A program made the position numbers and the translations under genes. This document shows positions 18,489-29,052 of a stretch of 64,000 nucleotides of DNA, one piece after another. This DNA comes from an uncultured bacterium (lineage in GTDB: Bacteria; Verrucomicrobiota; Verrucomicrobiia; Limisphaerales; UBA8199). Positions within the stretch are counted from its first letter, which is position 1, and the number at the start of each line of letters is the position of its first letter. Under the pieces are notes generated by a model. It was given only the letters and a program-made list of their open reading frames with translations. It was not told the origin of the DNA and made no database searches. The stretch lies in the NCBI GenBank assembly GCA_963749495.1, contig CAVVMW010000014.1, forward strand, positions 597,317 through 661,316, written 5' to 3'.

Positions 18489-20524
18489 GGAGAGGCCCAC
18501 CTTTGACTGTCCGAGCTCTGGCTTTGATGAGAGGGTCACTCCTGCTGGCAGGAGTGGTTGCTTTGATGGCAGAGCTCGCCGGTTTCAAGGCTGGCGCCAG
18601 GACGATGCTGGATACCCCGATCGTGCTGACGCAAGTGCCGCGGGGCGTGAGGGCCGACGCGAAGGCGTGGGATGCCAAGGGCCTGATACGCGCAGACCGG
18701 TTTGAGGGGGCGCGCATTGTGGTGGTGTCGCCCGAAGGCCAGGTCCGTGTTCTCTCGGACGGGTTTGCGTCCGCCTGCGACCCCAATGTGTCTTTCGACG
18801 CCCGGCGCGTGGTGTTTTCGGGAAAGAAAGACCAGCAATCCCGCTGGCGGATCTGGGAAATCGGGATCAACGGACAGGACCTGCAACCGATCAGCCCGGA
18901 AAACCAGGACGCCCGGAGTCCCATTTACCTGTCCGCGCTCTTCACGCTGGATTCGCCGGAACCGTGGTTCACGATCCTTTACATCGGGCAGGAGAACACC
19001 ATCAACGAAGCGGGCCGCGCATCAGCCTCCAGTTTGTACCACGTCAAGCTCGACGGAACGGAGTCGCGCCGGCTCACGTTCAATCCCAACCACAACTTCG
19101 ACCCGGTCCAGATGTGGGACGGACGCGTGATTTACGCAGCAGAGCATTACCCATTGGAGCCAAGCGCCGGGGCTGGGCGGGTGGGTCTATATGCCATTCA
19201 CATGGTGGGCACCGATGGCGAGCTCTATGGCGGCGAAGGGGGACGGCGGATTCAGCACATGCCCTGCGCCACGGAACAGGGCCTGGTCCTTTTTGTGGAA
19301 AGTGACGAGCCGGCCTGGGATGGGGCAGGCCAGCTTTCCTGTTTGGATGAAAGGCGTCCGCACCATAGCTACAAGCGGCTAACGGGGGACGCGTCATTTG
19401 TGTATCTCTACCCCGCCGCGTGGCGCACCAACATGGTGCTGGTTTCCCGCCGTCCCGCAAACGGAGAAGGCGCCAGCGGCGTGTTCTGTTTCGACTTGAA
19501 GACGGGGCAGTGCGAACTGGTCTTTGATAGTCCTGACTGCCACGATGTGCAGGCTCAAGTTGTGAGGGCCAGGCCTCGGCCGGATGGCCACTCCACCATT
19601 GTCGAACCTTCCAAATACTCCACAGGCATCTTTTACGGATTGAACTGCTATGAGGCGGACGAGCGCCTATCGCCCCACTTGGTGAAGGGGATATTCCAGC
19701 GTCTGCGGGTGATTGAAGGCGTGCCGCGCCCCGCGGCGGGGCCGGGCACGGATGTGTCCTGCGGTATCGGACCACGAGGCCCGTTTATTCCACGGCGCCT
19801 GATCGGGGAGGCGCCGATTGAAGCGGATGGGTCGTTTAATGTCGAGGTGCCGGCGGACACACCGGTGCTGCTCCAGGCCCTCGATGAGCACGGCCTGGCA
19901 CTTGGCACCTGCGGCTGGCTTTGGGTGAAGCAGCGAGAAGCCCGAGCGTGCATCGGTTGCCACGAAGACCCGGAACTGGCGCCCGAAAACCAATATGTGC
20001 TGGCCCTTCGGCGGCCTTCCAATCGGCTGACCCTGCCCCCGGGCGCGCGCCGGAACGTCGCCTTTCGAGAAACGGTCGCTCCCATTCTCAAGGCCCGCTG
20101 TGCCGCGGCCGACTGCCATGGCGGCCAGGTCGCGCCGTTGCACTTGGAACTGACGGCGGACCAGCCAACCGCGCAAGACCTGGCCAGGACATACGCCCTC
20201 CTCTTGGCGCCAAGAGAAGGCGCGACCAACTGTGCCCCGGTTCCGGCTCCAGGCAGGTACGTCGATGCGGGGCGGGCACGCACGAGCTTCCTCATCTGGC
20301 GGCTCTTCGGTCGAGACACGTCCCGGCCGTGGGACGGCGGCTCAACCGGACCCACTGGCGGCGGCCGCAAGGTGGAGCAAATGCCGCCGCCCGGCAGGGC
20401 CGAAGCGCTCGCCCCGGAAGAAATCCGCTCCCTGGTCCAATGGGTTGACCTTGGCGCGCAATACGAGGCAGTGAAAACCGAGGGCTCACCGGCCATCGAC
20501 AGGTCCGCTCAGGCTGCACAATGA
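18485..20524 (+). CDS. Hydrazine synthase alpha (HzsA)-like exported diheme protein
   Basis: TolB-like propeller (DPNVSFDARRVVFS, RRLTFN..NFDP..DGRVIY), middle domain LIGEAPIEADGSFNVEVPADTPVLLQALDEHG..EARACIGCHE, C-terminal CAAADCH...QMPP...WVDLGA. Confidence 0.75.
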   Translation: MRRGPPLTVRALALMRGSLLLAGVVALMAELAGFKAGARTMLDTPIVLTQVPRGVRADAKAWDAKGLIRADRFEGARIVVVSPEGQVRVLSDGFASACDPNVSFDARRVVFSGKKDQQSRWRIWEIGINGQDLQPISPENQDARSPIYLSALFTLDSPEPWFTILYIGQENTINEAGRASASSLYHVKLDGTESRRLTFNPNHNFDPVQMWDGRVIYAAEHYPLEPSAGAGRVGLYAIHMVGTDGELYGGEGGRRIQHMPCATEQGLVLFVESDEPAWDGAGQLSCLDERRPHHSYKRLTGDASFVYLYPAAWRTNMVLVSRRPANGEGASGVFCFDLKTGQCELVFDSPDCHDVQAQVVRARPRPDGHSTIVEPSKYSTGIFYGLNCYEADERLSPHLVKGIFQRLRVIEGVPRPAAGPGTDVSCGIGPRGPFIPRRLIGEAPIEADGSFNVEVPADTPVLLQALDEHGLALGTCGWLWVKQREARACIGCHEDPELAPENQYVLALRRPSNRLTLPPGARRNVAFRETVAPILKARCAAADCHGGQVAPLHLELTADQPTAQDLARTYALLLAPREGATNCAPVPAPGRYVDAGRARTSFLIWRLFGRDTSRPWDGGSTGPTGGGRKVEQMPPPGRAEALAPEEIRSLVQWVDLGAQYEAVKTEGSPAIDRSAQAAQ

Positions 20525-22191
20525 ACACGATTTTCCCAAGTTTATCGTCGTTGAGTGCTTTCGCGCTCGTTCTCCTGCCGGTGTCATTGCCGGCTGCCAC
20601 CAACTGCGCGTGGCCGACATTCACGGACGTGACTGAAAAAGCCGGCATCAAGTTCAAGCACAGCATCGGCGATGTTGAGATGAACAACATCGTTCAGGCC
20701 ACCGGCCCGGGCGGTCTGGTCTTCGACTACAACAACGATGGGCTGATGGACATCTACTTCGTCAACGGCCGCTGGCACCCGGACATCAGCAGCAACCAGG
20801 GCAGGAAACTCAAGGGACACCTGAGAAATGCCCTTTACCGAAACAATGGTGACGGCACGTTCACCGACGTCACGGAGCAAGCGGGCGTTGGGGGACCCGA
20901 TGACGCTTACGGCATGGCAGCTTCCTGCGCCGACTACGACAATGACGGCTACCTGGATCTGTACGTCTGCAATTACGGCAGAAACATCCTCTACCACAAC
21001 AATGGCGACGGCACGTTCACCGATGTGACCGACAAGGCCGGCTTGGCCAGTCCTGGCTGGTCGGTTGCCGCGCCGTGGTTTGATTACAATGGCGACGGCT
21101 GGCTCGACGTGTTCGTCGTCCATTACCTGGACTATGACAAAGGCGCCTTCCAGCGCACAGGCGCCTATTACAAGGCCGATAATTTCCCGGGGCCGCTCTC
21201 GTATCCAGGACTTCCGGACCATCTCTATCGCAACAACCGGGACGGCACGTTCACGGATGTGACCAAGGAGGCGGGGCTGTGGGAGCCGACGGGCCGTGGC
21301 ATGGGCGCCGTCGCGTGCGACCTGAACGGCGACGGGTTCATCGATATCTACGTGAGCAACGATGCCATGCCCAACAACTGCTGGATCAATGACGGCAAGG
21401 GGCATTTCCAGGATAAAGCCCTGGAGATGGGCGTGGCCTTTGGCGAAGGCGGCCAGGGAGTCTCATCCATGGGGCCGTTCGCCGCCGACCTGGACCACAG
21501 CGGTTTGTTGGCCTTGCTCATACCCGATATGGGCTATAAGTCGTTGTTGGTCCAGAGCCGTCCAGGATTGTTCAAAGACGTGACGGTCCAATCGGGCATT
21601 TCGCAAATGAGCGGGCAGTACACCAGTTGGGGCGGGTTGTTGGTGGATTTCGACAACGACGGCTACGCGGACCTCTTCATGGCAAACGGCAATGCCCACC
21701 ACCTGTTCCCGGAGGACGCGACCATCGCGCGCAACGACGGCAAGGGCAGGTTTATTGACGTAGCCGCTCAATCCGGGGAGTTCTTCCGGCACAAATATGT
21801 CGCGCGCGGCGCGGCCTGCGTCGATTTTGACAACGACGGCAACCTCGACATCCTGGTATTCTGCCTGAACGAAGGCCCGCACTTGCTGCGCAACAATGGG
21901 GGCGCCCACCCCAATTGGCTCAAGGTCGTGCCCGTGCGCAAGGATACTGGTATGGTGGCCCTCGGCGCCACCGTGACTGTCCGGGCCAACGGAATGCAAA
22001 TGGTCCACCCCGTGACGGGAGTCAACGGCTATCTCGTCAGCAACGACCCGCGCCCGCACTTTGGCCTCGGCAAAGCGACCAAGGCGGACCGGGTCGAGAT
22101 CCGCTGGCCGGATGGCAAGAAGCAGGTGCTGGAGAATGTCCCCGCCAATCAGATCCTGACGGTGCGTTACGGCGCGGATGCAACCAAGTGA
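20521..22191 (+). CDS. CRTAC1-like FG-GAP repeat / ASPIC-UnbV protein
   Basis: Repeated DYNNDG.MDIY, YRNNGDGTFTDVT; C-terminal HFGLG..EIRWP. Confidence 0.9.
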   Translation: MNTIFPSLSSLSAFALVLLPVSLPAATNCAWPTFTDVTEKAGIKFKHSIGDVEMNNIVQATGPGGLVFDYNNDGLMDIYFVNGRWHPDISSNQGRKLKGHLRNALYRNNGDGTFTDVTEQAGVGGPDDAYGMAASCADYDNDGYLDLYVCNYGRNILYHNNGDGTFTDVTDKAGLASPGWSVAAPWFDYNGDGWLDVFVVHYLDYDKGAFQRTGAYYKADNFPGPLSYPGLPDHLYRNNRDGTFTDVTKEAGLWEPTGRGMGAVACDLNGDGFIDIYVSNDAMPNNCWINDGKGHFQDKALEMGVAFGEGGQGVSSMGPFAADLDHSGLLALLIPDMGYKSLLVQSRPGLFKDVTVQSGISQMSGQYTSWGGLLVDFDNDGYADLFMANGNAHHLFPEDATIARNDGKGRFIDVAAQSGEFFRHKYVARGAACVDFDNDGNLDILVFCLNEGPHLLRNNGGAHPNWLKVVPVRKDTGMVALGATVTVRANGMQMVHPVTGVNGYLVSNDPRPHFGLGKATKADRVEIRWPDGKKQVLENVPANQILTVRYGADATK

Positions 22192-22195
22192 ATCA

Positions 22196-25069
22196 ATGCA
22201 CAAGCCATCCTCCATCCTGTTTTCCGCGCTCCTCCTCTCGGCCCTGACGGCAATTGGGGCTGGCAATGTCAAGGAGCCCATTTATATCGGGGCGCAGGCC
22301 TGCGCTCAGTGCCATGACGGCCCAGCCATGGGGCACCAATTCAGCAAGTGGCGGCTGAGCGCCCATGCCGCGGCCTATGCTTCGCTGGCGCTGCCGGAAG
22401 CCAAGACCATCGCTGAGTTCAGCGGCATTCCCGAGCAGCCATACCAAGCCAGGATGTGTTTGGGCTGCCATAGCACCGCCTCCGAAACCGAAGACTGGGA
22501 AAGGACCGAAGGGTTCCACCTGGAGGACGGGTTGCAATGCGAGGGGTGCCATGGCCCTGGCAGTGAATACGCCTCGGCGGAAATCATGAAAGATCGGGCC
22601 AAGGCCATGGCGAACGGGCTGCGGATGCCCAATAAGGACTCGTGCATGCTGTGTCACCGGACCAAAGGTTCCCACGACATGGCGCTCAAGAGAACGCCGT
22701 TTAACCTGGAGATGGCCTGGGAGGCGATTTCCCATGCCACACCAAGAGCCGGGCAGAGCCAACCCAAAACCGTAGCCACGTCCGCAGCGGCGAGCCACAA
22801 GTTCGTTGGAGTCCTGGCCTGCGCCAAGTGCCACGGTGACGCACAACACGGATTCCAGTTCAGCAAGTGGCGTATGTCGAAACACGCTCAGGCCTTCGCC
22901 GTGCTGGCCTCCCCCCGGGCCGCCGAATTGGCCAGGGACGCCGGTGTCAACGGCGACCCGCAGAACTGCGGGCAATGTTTGAAGTGCCACGCTACAGGTT
23001 CGGGAAGCGACCGCGCCTGTTTTCTGAAGGACTTCGACGTTCACGACGGCGTGCAATGCGAGAGCTGCCACGGACCGGGGGGCGATTACTCGCCGGAGGC
23101 CGTGATGCTCGATAAAGCCACGGCCCGCGACAAGGGGCTATGGGCAACCGATCGGCAAACCTGCGCGCCGTGTCATGAAAAGGCCCACGGCAAGGCCTTT
23201 GATTATGAAGCGGCCCTGAAGAAGATCGCCCATTCGAAAAAGACGGCGGAGGGAGCCGACGCTAGGGCATCCGCCACTTCGAATTATCACAGCCTTTACA
23301 AGAACCCGCTGAACCTCGCGCTCACGCCCGACGGCAATGAGCTTTGGGTCGCGTGCGAGGTTTCCGGCACGGTGGTCGTCGTGGACACCGCCGCGGCCAG
23401 GAAGGTGGCTGAGATCCCAGTGGGAGGCGAGCCCACCGCGGTCTGCTTCACTCCTGATGGCAAACGGGCGTTTGTATCCAATCGTCTCGACGACAGCGTC
23501 TCGGTGGTGGAGGTGGCCGGCCGAAAGGTCGTGGCTACGCTGGAAGTGGGGAACCAGCCGCACGGGGTCCTGGTGGACCGCGACGGGAAGTATCTGTACG
23601 TGTTGAACACGTCCATCGATAACATCTCGGTTTTCGACCTGGCGACGCTCAAAGAGATCAAGCGCCTCTCGGCCAGCCGCTCGCCGTGGTCGTTGGCGCA
23701 ATCGCCCGATGGCCGGTCCATCCTCGTCACCCATGCCCTGTCGCGCTTCGTGCCCGACCGGACTCCGTCCATGTCCGAGGTCACGCTCATTGACGCCCAA
23801 CGAGTGATTGTCGAAGACCGGCTCGTGGTGCCGGGGGCCAATCTCCTGCAGGGCGTGGCCTGGCATCCCAGCGGCGAGTTTGCGCTGATCACTCTGCTGC
23901 GGACCAAGAACCTGGTGCCGATGACCCGCATTAACCGGGGTTGGACCATCACCAATGGCCTCGGCATTATATGGCGGGACGGGACGGTGGACCAGGTGCT
24001 GCTGGATCAAAACGATCTTTATTTCCCCGACCCGACGGACGTGTGCATCACCCCTGATGGAAAATATGCCCTGGTAACGAGCAGCAGCTCGGACCGCATC
24101 GCGATTGCGGATCTGGACAAGCTGATCGCCATGCTCAAGGCTGCCACCCCCCGCGAACGGGAGCGGGTCATCCCCAACCATCTGGGCAAGTCGGCTGAGT
24201 TCATAGTCAAGTTCATCAGGACCGACAACAGCCCGCACGGCATCACCTGCTCCGCCAACGGCTCGACGGCTTATGTGGCCGGGACGCTGGGCGACGTCGT
24301 GACGGTCATCGACCTGAAGAAACTGGAAGCCGTGGGCCGGATCGAGTTGGGCGCCGCCAAGGAACTGACCAAACGCCGGCGGGGCGAGAAGCTCTTTAAC
24401 AGCGCCAACATCACATTTCGCCGGCAATTCTCCTGCCACACGTGCCATCCCGACGGCCACATCGACGGGCTCGCGTACGACATCGAAGATGACGGGATTG
24501 GCATGGGCCCTCTCGACAACCGGTCGCTGCGAGGCATCAACGATACGGCGCCCTTCAAGTGGGCCGGCATCAATCCCAGCCTCAAGCGGCAATGCGGCGC
24601 GCGGCTGGCCGTCTTCATCACGAGGTTGGCGCCCTTTGATCCCGGGCAACTGGACGACCTGCACACATACCTTTGCACGATCCCCCGTCCCCCAAACCGG
24701 TACCGCAAGCTGGGTGCCCCCCTCAATGAGGCTCAACGCCGGGGCAAGGTCATCTTTGAACGGACACACACAAACGATGGGCGCGCCATTCCCGCAAACA
24801 ACCGTTGCGTGACCTGTCACTGCCCGCCGCTCCTGACCGACGGCAAGGTTCACGACGTCGGCACCAGGTTTGCTTATGACACCGAGGGGAAATTCGACAC
24901 CCCTCATCTCCAGAACATCTACGATTCGGCCCCCTACCTCCATAACGGCATCGCGCCAACCTTGGAAGAGATTTGGACTCGCTACAACCCCTACGACAAA
25001 CATGGCGTCACCAACGACATGACCAAGGACCAGCTCAACGACCTGATCGAATATCTCAAGACGCTCTGA
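22196..25069 (+). CDS. Decaheme fusion: two c554-like tetraheme domains + YVTN beta-propeller + diheme CCP/MauG-like domain (HzsB+HzsC-like)
   Basis: CAQCH, CLGCH, CEGCH, CMLCH, CAKCH, CLKCH, CESCH, CAPCH; VSNRLDDSVSVV and EIPVGGEP repeats; FSCHTCHPDGH, TAPFKW, CVTCH, FDTPHL..SAPYLHNG. Confidence 0.85.
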   Translation: MHKPSSILFSALLLSALTAIGAGNVKEPIYIGAQACAQCHDGPAMGHQFSKWRLSAHAAAYASLALPEAKTIAEFSGIPEQPYQARMCLGCHSTASETEDWERTEGFHLEDGLQCEGCHGPGSEYASAEIMKDRAKAMANGLRMPNKDSCMLCHRTKGSHDMALKRTPFNLEMAWEAISHATPRAGQSQPKTVATSAAASHKFVGVLACAKCHGDAQHGFQFSKWRMSKHAQAFAVLASPRAAELARDAGVNGDPQNCGQCLKCHATGSGSDRACFLKDFDVHDGVQCESCHGPGGDYSPEAVMLDKATARDKGLWATDRQTCAPCHEKAHGKAFDYEAALKKIAHSKKTAEGADARASATSNYHSLYKNPLNLALTPDGNELWVACEVSGTVVVVDTAAARKVAEIPVGGEPTAVCFTPDGKRAFVSNRLDDSVSVVEVAGRKVVATLEVGNQPHGVLVDRDGKYLYVLNTSIDNISVFDLATLKEIKRLSASRSPWSLAQSPDGRSILVTHALSRFVPDRTPSMSEVTLIDAQRVIVEDRLVVPGANLLQGVAWHPSGEFALITLLRTKNLVPMTRINRGWTITNGLGIIWRDGTVDQVLLDQNDLYFPDPTDVCITPDGKYALVTSSSSDRIAIADLDKLIAMLKAATPRERERVIPNHLGKSAEFIVKFIRTDNSPHGITCSANGSTAYVAGTLGDVVTVIDLKKLEAVGRIELGAAKELTKRRRGEKLFNSANITFRRQFSCHTCHPDGHIDGLAYDIEDDGIGMGPLDNRSLRGINDTAPFKWAGINPSLKRQCGARLAVFITRLAPFDPGQLDDLHTYLCTIPRPPNRYRKLGAPLNEAQRRGKVIFERTHTNDGRAIPANNRCVTCHCPPLLTDGKVHDVGTRFAYDTEGKFDTPHLQNIYDSAPYLHNGIAPTLEEIWTRYNPYDKHGVTNDMTKDQLNDLIEYLKTL

Positions 25070-25086
25070 AACCCACTTGGAACCAC

Positions 25087-26280
25087 ATGAAAAAGACCCG
25101 GATTTCATCCCTCCTCTGCTTTCTGGCCCTCGTTCTCCTCGTTGGATCGGCCGAGGCGTATGCCGCTGGCGAGGCTGCCAATATCCCCGTGGCTGCGCCG
25201 AGTGTCGCCGATCCCGGCGTGCCCTACGTGTACACGAATTGGGAGCAGCTTACCATTAAAGAGGGCTTGCCCAATGACCATATCTTTGCCGTTCGGGCGG
25301 ACAAAGATAACGTGTGGATCGGCACTGAAAACGGCCTGGCCCGGTATGACAAGCAGACCAGGAAAATCAAATCCTGGCAGGAAAAGGACGGTTTGCCCTG
25401 GAAAGTGATCACCGGCATCGAGGTCAACCCTAAGACCGGCGAGCTGTGGCTGGCCTTGTTTGGCGGCGGCCTGGCGCGCTTCAGTGGCGGACGTTTCGAC
25501 CACTTTCACCAGCTCAACAGCGGCCTGGTCAACGATGTCGTCTATGCCGTAGCCATGGAGCACGACAACGTCTGGTGCGCCACCACCGCGGGCGCCAGCC
25601 GCTTCGATCCCAACCACGACAAGTGGACCATCTTCACCGAGAAGAACTCTCCGATGGAAGAGATCTGGAACTACGGCGTCTGCTACAACGACGGCCTGGT
25701 CTATCTGGCCGTCTGGGGCAGTGGCGTCCTGGAATACAACGTTGCCACTGAGCGATGGAAGGACTACACAGACCCGGATGGCGAGATGGAGATTGACCTC
25801 TACCGCGATGACGGCCTCGTGCACGTCATTACCACCGGGGCCAGCTACGTGGAGAAGGTCCTTTGGATTTCGACTTATTTTGGGTGTTGCCGCTACGACG
25901 GCCGCCATTGGCGCGGCTACTATGACCATGATTGCGGGCTGCCGAGCAACTTCACCAACAATCTCAAAGGCCGGAGCGCCAACGAGGCCTGGTTCTGCAC
26001 GGACAAAGGGCTGGGGGTGTGCGCCGATTTCGAGACGGACACCTGGCTGGCCTATACTTCCGATGGCAAGCATCACATGGGCAAGGCCGTGATCAAGCGC
26101 GGCCACGACCTCGTGGGCACCGTCGATACCGGCTACAACGTCCCTCACAACTTCATCATCTGCATGGATTTCGACGGCAACGATGTCTGGGTGGGCACCT
26201 CCAAGGGGGTGGGCCACGGCATCGGCAACGGCTACTTTCCGGGGCTGCGGGCTGCCGGCGCGAGCACGGCGATGAAATAG
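25087..26280 (+). CDS. Exported beta-propeller protein (two-component regulator propeller-type repeats)
   Basis: Signal peptide; GLPNDHI, VWIGTENGL, SGLVNDVVY, VWVGTSKG. Confidence 0.8.
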   Translation: MKKTRISSLLCFLALVLLVGSAEAYAAGEAANIPVAAPSVADPGVPYVYTNWEQLTIKEGLPNDHIFAVRADKDNVWIGTENGLARYDKQTRKIKSWQEKDGLPWKVITGIEVNPKTGELWLALFGGGLARFSGGRFDHFHQLNSGLVNDVVYAVAMEHDNVWCATTAGASRFDPNHDKWTIFTEKNSPMEEIWNYGVCYNDGLVYLAVWGSGVLEYNVATERWKDYTDPDGEMEIDLYRDDGLVHVITTGASYVEKVLWISTYFGCCRYDGRHWRGYYDHDCGLPSNFTNNLKGRSANEAWFCTDKGLGVCADFETDTWLAYTSDGKHHMGKAVIKRGHDLVGTVDTGYNVPHNFIICMDFDGNDVWVGTSKGVGHGIGNGYFPGLRAAGASTAMK

Positions 26281-26315
26281 GCTTACGCCGTGAGCGCACA
26301 AAAACCGCATACGAT

Positions 26316-27809
26316 ATGAAAACAATGCGAATAGATCTTGGAGCGCGACTGCGGACCGCGTTGGCGCTGGTGTTTTTCTTGGGGTTGACGATATCCCTCA
26401 TGCGAGCGGCCGAGGAGGCGGGTGGAAAGAAGAAGCCCGAGCGCCCCGAGGACCTCGATATGGCCACCATCCTGGAGCATATCAATGTCGGTCCTTACGA
26501 ACTGCCCAACCTCCCGCTAAAGACCAACCAGAACTACGCTCATTCGGCGGCCGACATCGAACCTTACGGCGGCGTGAAGCCCTTCAAGGAACATTTTCTG
26601 GTGCAAATGGAGTACACCGGCCCCGGCCGGGCCATCCCGGAACCGGAGGAGGTGAAGACCGTGAAGATTGGCTTCCTGGGCCCGATCATGGCGACCGTTT
26701 CGGTGGCCACGGGTGGCAAGAGCCACGAGGAAGTTCTCGGGGTCGCCATGTTGCGCGGGGCCAAGTTGGCCATCGAGCAGGCCAACGAAAAAGGCGGATA
26801 CATCAAACGCAAGATCCCCTTCGAACTGGTGGTCCACAACGACAACGGCCTGTGGGGCGCTTCAGGCAACGAGATCATCAAGATGGCCTACACCGAGAAC
26901 GTCTGGGCTATTCTCGGCACGATCGACGGCGCCAATACCCACATCGCCATCCGTGTCGCCCTCAAAGCGGAGTTGCCCATGCTGACGCCCGGTGACCTGG
27001 ATCCGACCTACATCGAGACCAACATTCCCTGGGTCTTCCGCTGCATCGGTGATGACCGCCAGCAGAACTATCTCATTCTGGATTATTTGTTCCGGAAGAT
27101 GAAGTATCAACGCCCGGCCATCATTCGCTCCAGCAACCGGTACGGGCGCTTCGGCGTGCGCAAAATCCGCGATGGCGCCCGCCGCTTGAACCACCCCGTG
27201 GTCATCGAAATGGCTTACCCGGTGGGTTGCGAGAACTTTGATGTGCAACTGGACCGCATTGAGGGGGAAAAACCGGATGTCCTCATTCACTGGGGCGACG
27301 CCGAGGATGGGGCTCGGGTATTGAATGCCATCCGCGCGCGCGGCTGGAAGCAGCCCTTTATCGCTTGTGACCGTTGCGTCTCTGACAACTTCGTCAGGCT
27401 CGCCGGCCCCAATGCCGAAGGAGTCATCTGCAGCTATCCGTGGAACCCGGATCGCCAGGACCCCAAGCTGGAGGCCTTCCGCGAGGCCTTCCGCAAACGC
27501 TGGGGAGCCGACGCAGACACCTATTCCACGCATGCCTATGATGGGATGAACATGCTGATCTGGGCGATCCAGACGGCGGGGTTGAACCGGGCCAGGATTC
27601 GGGACGTGCTCGCCTACCGCCCCGACCCATTCCCGGGGGTGACCGGCGACATTCCACTCAGCGCGTCGCTGGACGATGCCGGAGAGGTTTTCCTCACCCG
27701 TCGCGAGAATGGCCGCTGGAAATATTACTCCGCAGCGGATTGGGGTATCCCACGCGGCAAAGTCATCGAGCAGATGCGGGGTGAGCGCCAGGAAGCCAGT
27801 GCAAAGTGA
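26316..27809 (+). CDS. Type I periplasmic binding protein (LivJ/AmiC fold)
   Basis: VKIGFLGP, GAKLAIEQANEKGG, WAILG, PWVFR, HAYDG, FPGVTGDI. Confidence 0.85.
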   Translation: MKTMRIDLGARLRTALALVFFLGLTISLMRAAEEAGGKKKPERPEDLDMATILEHINVGPYELPNLPLKTNQNYAHSAADIEPYGGVKPFKEHFLVQMEYTGPGRAIPEPEEVKTVKIGFLGPIMATVSVATGGKSHEEVLGVAMLRGAKLAIEQANEKGGYIKRKIPFELVVHNDNGLWGASGNEIIKMAYTENVWAILGTIDGANTHIAIRVALKAELPMLTPGDLDPTYIETNIPWVFRCIGDDRQQNYLILDYLFRKMKYQRPAIIRSSNRYGRFGVRKIRDGARRLNHPVVIEMAYPVGCENFDVQLDRIEGEKPDVLIHWGDAEDGARVLNAIRARGWKQPFIACDRCVSDNFVRLAGPNAEGVICSYPWNPDRQDPKLEAFREAFRKRWGADADTYSTHAYDGMNMLIWAIQTAGLNRARIRDVLAYRPDPFPGVTGDIPLSASLDDAGEVFLTRRENGRWKYYSAADWGIPRGKVIEQMRGERQEASAK

Positions 27810-29028
27810 CACCAGAGCTCGGGTTTCAGGTTGGCGCTGCCTTCTGTTTCTGTCCTGCGCATTAGGGGTCGCAGCCACCGCGGCTCAACCCGCGAATCCA
27901 CCCCCTCCTTTTTTCCGCTTTCGTGAACGCACGCTGGAATACAACGGGCCGGAACGGGACGAAGGTGACCCCCAGGACCTCAAAGAAGTGGTCATTGGCT
28001 GGTTCGGACCGTGCGAAACGACAAACTGTCTGGCGGGAGAGGCGTGGTGGGCAGCCGACCTGGCAATCAGGGAAGCCAACGAGGAGGGCGGTTTGCGGGG
28101 CCTTCCCTTGCGGCTCGCGCCGCGCTGGGCTGTGGACCCATGGGGCACTGGCGTCTCCCAACTCACCCGAATGATCTACACCGAGCATCCCCTGGTGGTG
28201 CTGGGCTCGGTGGACTCGGCCTCGACGCACCTCGCCGAACAGGTCGTGGCCAAGGCGCAACTGCCGCTGATCAGCCCGATCACGACCGACAAATCCGTCA
28301 CGTTGGCGGGGGTTTCCTGGATGTTCGCCTGCGCGCCAACGGACAACGTCATTGCCCGCGTCCTGGTGGGCGATGTGCTGGCCATGCTGGGAAACGCGCC
28401 TAAGAAGATTGTGCTCTTCAACGCCACCGACCACGAGTCGCGCATGACTGCGCGCGAAGTGGTCAAGGAATTCTCCCGCCGGCAGCGTTTGCTGGATTTT
28501 CGGTTCGAAGTCTCGCCGGGCGCGCTGGCGATCACCAACCAGATGGCTGCCATCGAGCAGGCACAACCCGGCGCAGTGCTCATTGTCGCCGGCGCTCAGG
28601 ACGCTGCCCGGATGGTGGTCGCAGTCAGGAACGCAACCCCCGGCTCGATTATTTTCGGGAGCCATTCCATGGGCCGGACCCCTTTTCTACAACTCGCGGG
28701 TCGCGCGGCTGAGGCGGTTCGTTTTCCGCTGCTCTTCGTTCCCAACATGGACGATCCCACGACAACGCGTTTGATCCAGCAATTTAAGGCCGATCATCTC
28801 AGGGATCCGGACTACACCGCCGCTCTCGCCTACGACGCCACCCGCCTGCTGGTCGAGGCTCTGCGCCGCGGCGGGCTCAACCGCGCGCACATTCGCCAGG
28901 CCTTGCTGGAGCTATCTCCTTGGAATGGCGTCACCGGTTTGATTCACTGGGACGGCACGGGACAGAACACGCGCACCAACGTCTGCATGGGCACTATTCG
29001 GAGCGGCGTCGTCGTGCCCGTGCCTTGA
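27799..29028 (+). CDS. Second type I periplasmic binding protein (probable GTG start)
   Basis: IGWFGP, LAIREANEEGG, VLGSVDSASTH, AYDATRLL, GVTGLIHWD. Confidence 0.8.
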   Translation: MQSDTRARVSGWRCLLFLSCALGVAATAAQPANPPPPFFRFRERTLEYNGPERDEGDPQDLKEVVIGWFGPCETTNCLAGEAWWAADLAIREANEEGGLRGLPLRLAPRWAVDPWGTGVSQLTRMIYTEHPLVVLGSVDSASTHLAEQVVAKAQLPLISPITTDKSVTLAGVSWMFACAPTDNVIARVLVGDVLAMLGNAPKKIVLFNATDHESRMTAREVVKEFSRRQRLLDFRFEVSPGALAITNQMAAIEQAQPGAVLIVAGAQDAARMVVAVRNATPGSIIFGSHSMGRTPFLQLAGRAAEAVRFPLLFVPNMDDPTTTRLIQQFKADHLRDPDYTAALAYDATRLLVEALRRGGLNRAHIRQALLELSPWNGVTGLIHWDGTGQNTRTNVCMGTIRSGVVVPVP

Positions 29029-29052
29029 AGTCATGCAACTGGATTTTCGAAT

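Noticed and set aside
18485..25069. A true anammox hzsABC operon / anammox host
   Set aside because: No HAO/HDH-type gene in the window, ASPIC genes are interspersed, and context looks verrucomicrobial; only architectural similarity is supported
23138..25108. Long antisense ORFs (656 aa here; also 10843-12351, 25105-26325, 53330-54532, 60227-61408)
   Set aside because: Shadow frames of real GC-rich genes with no recognisable motifs
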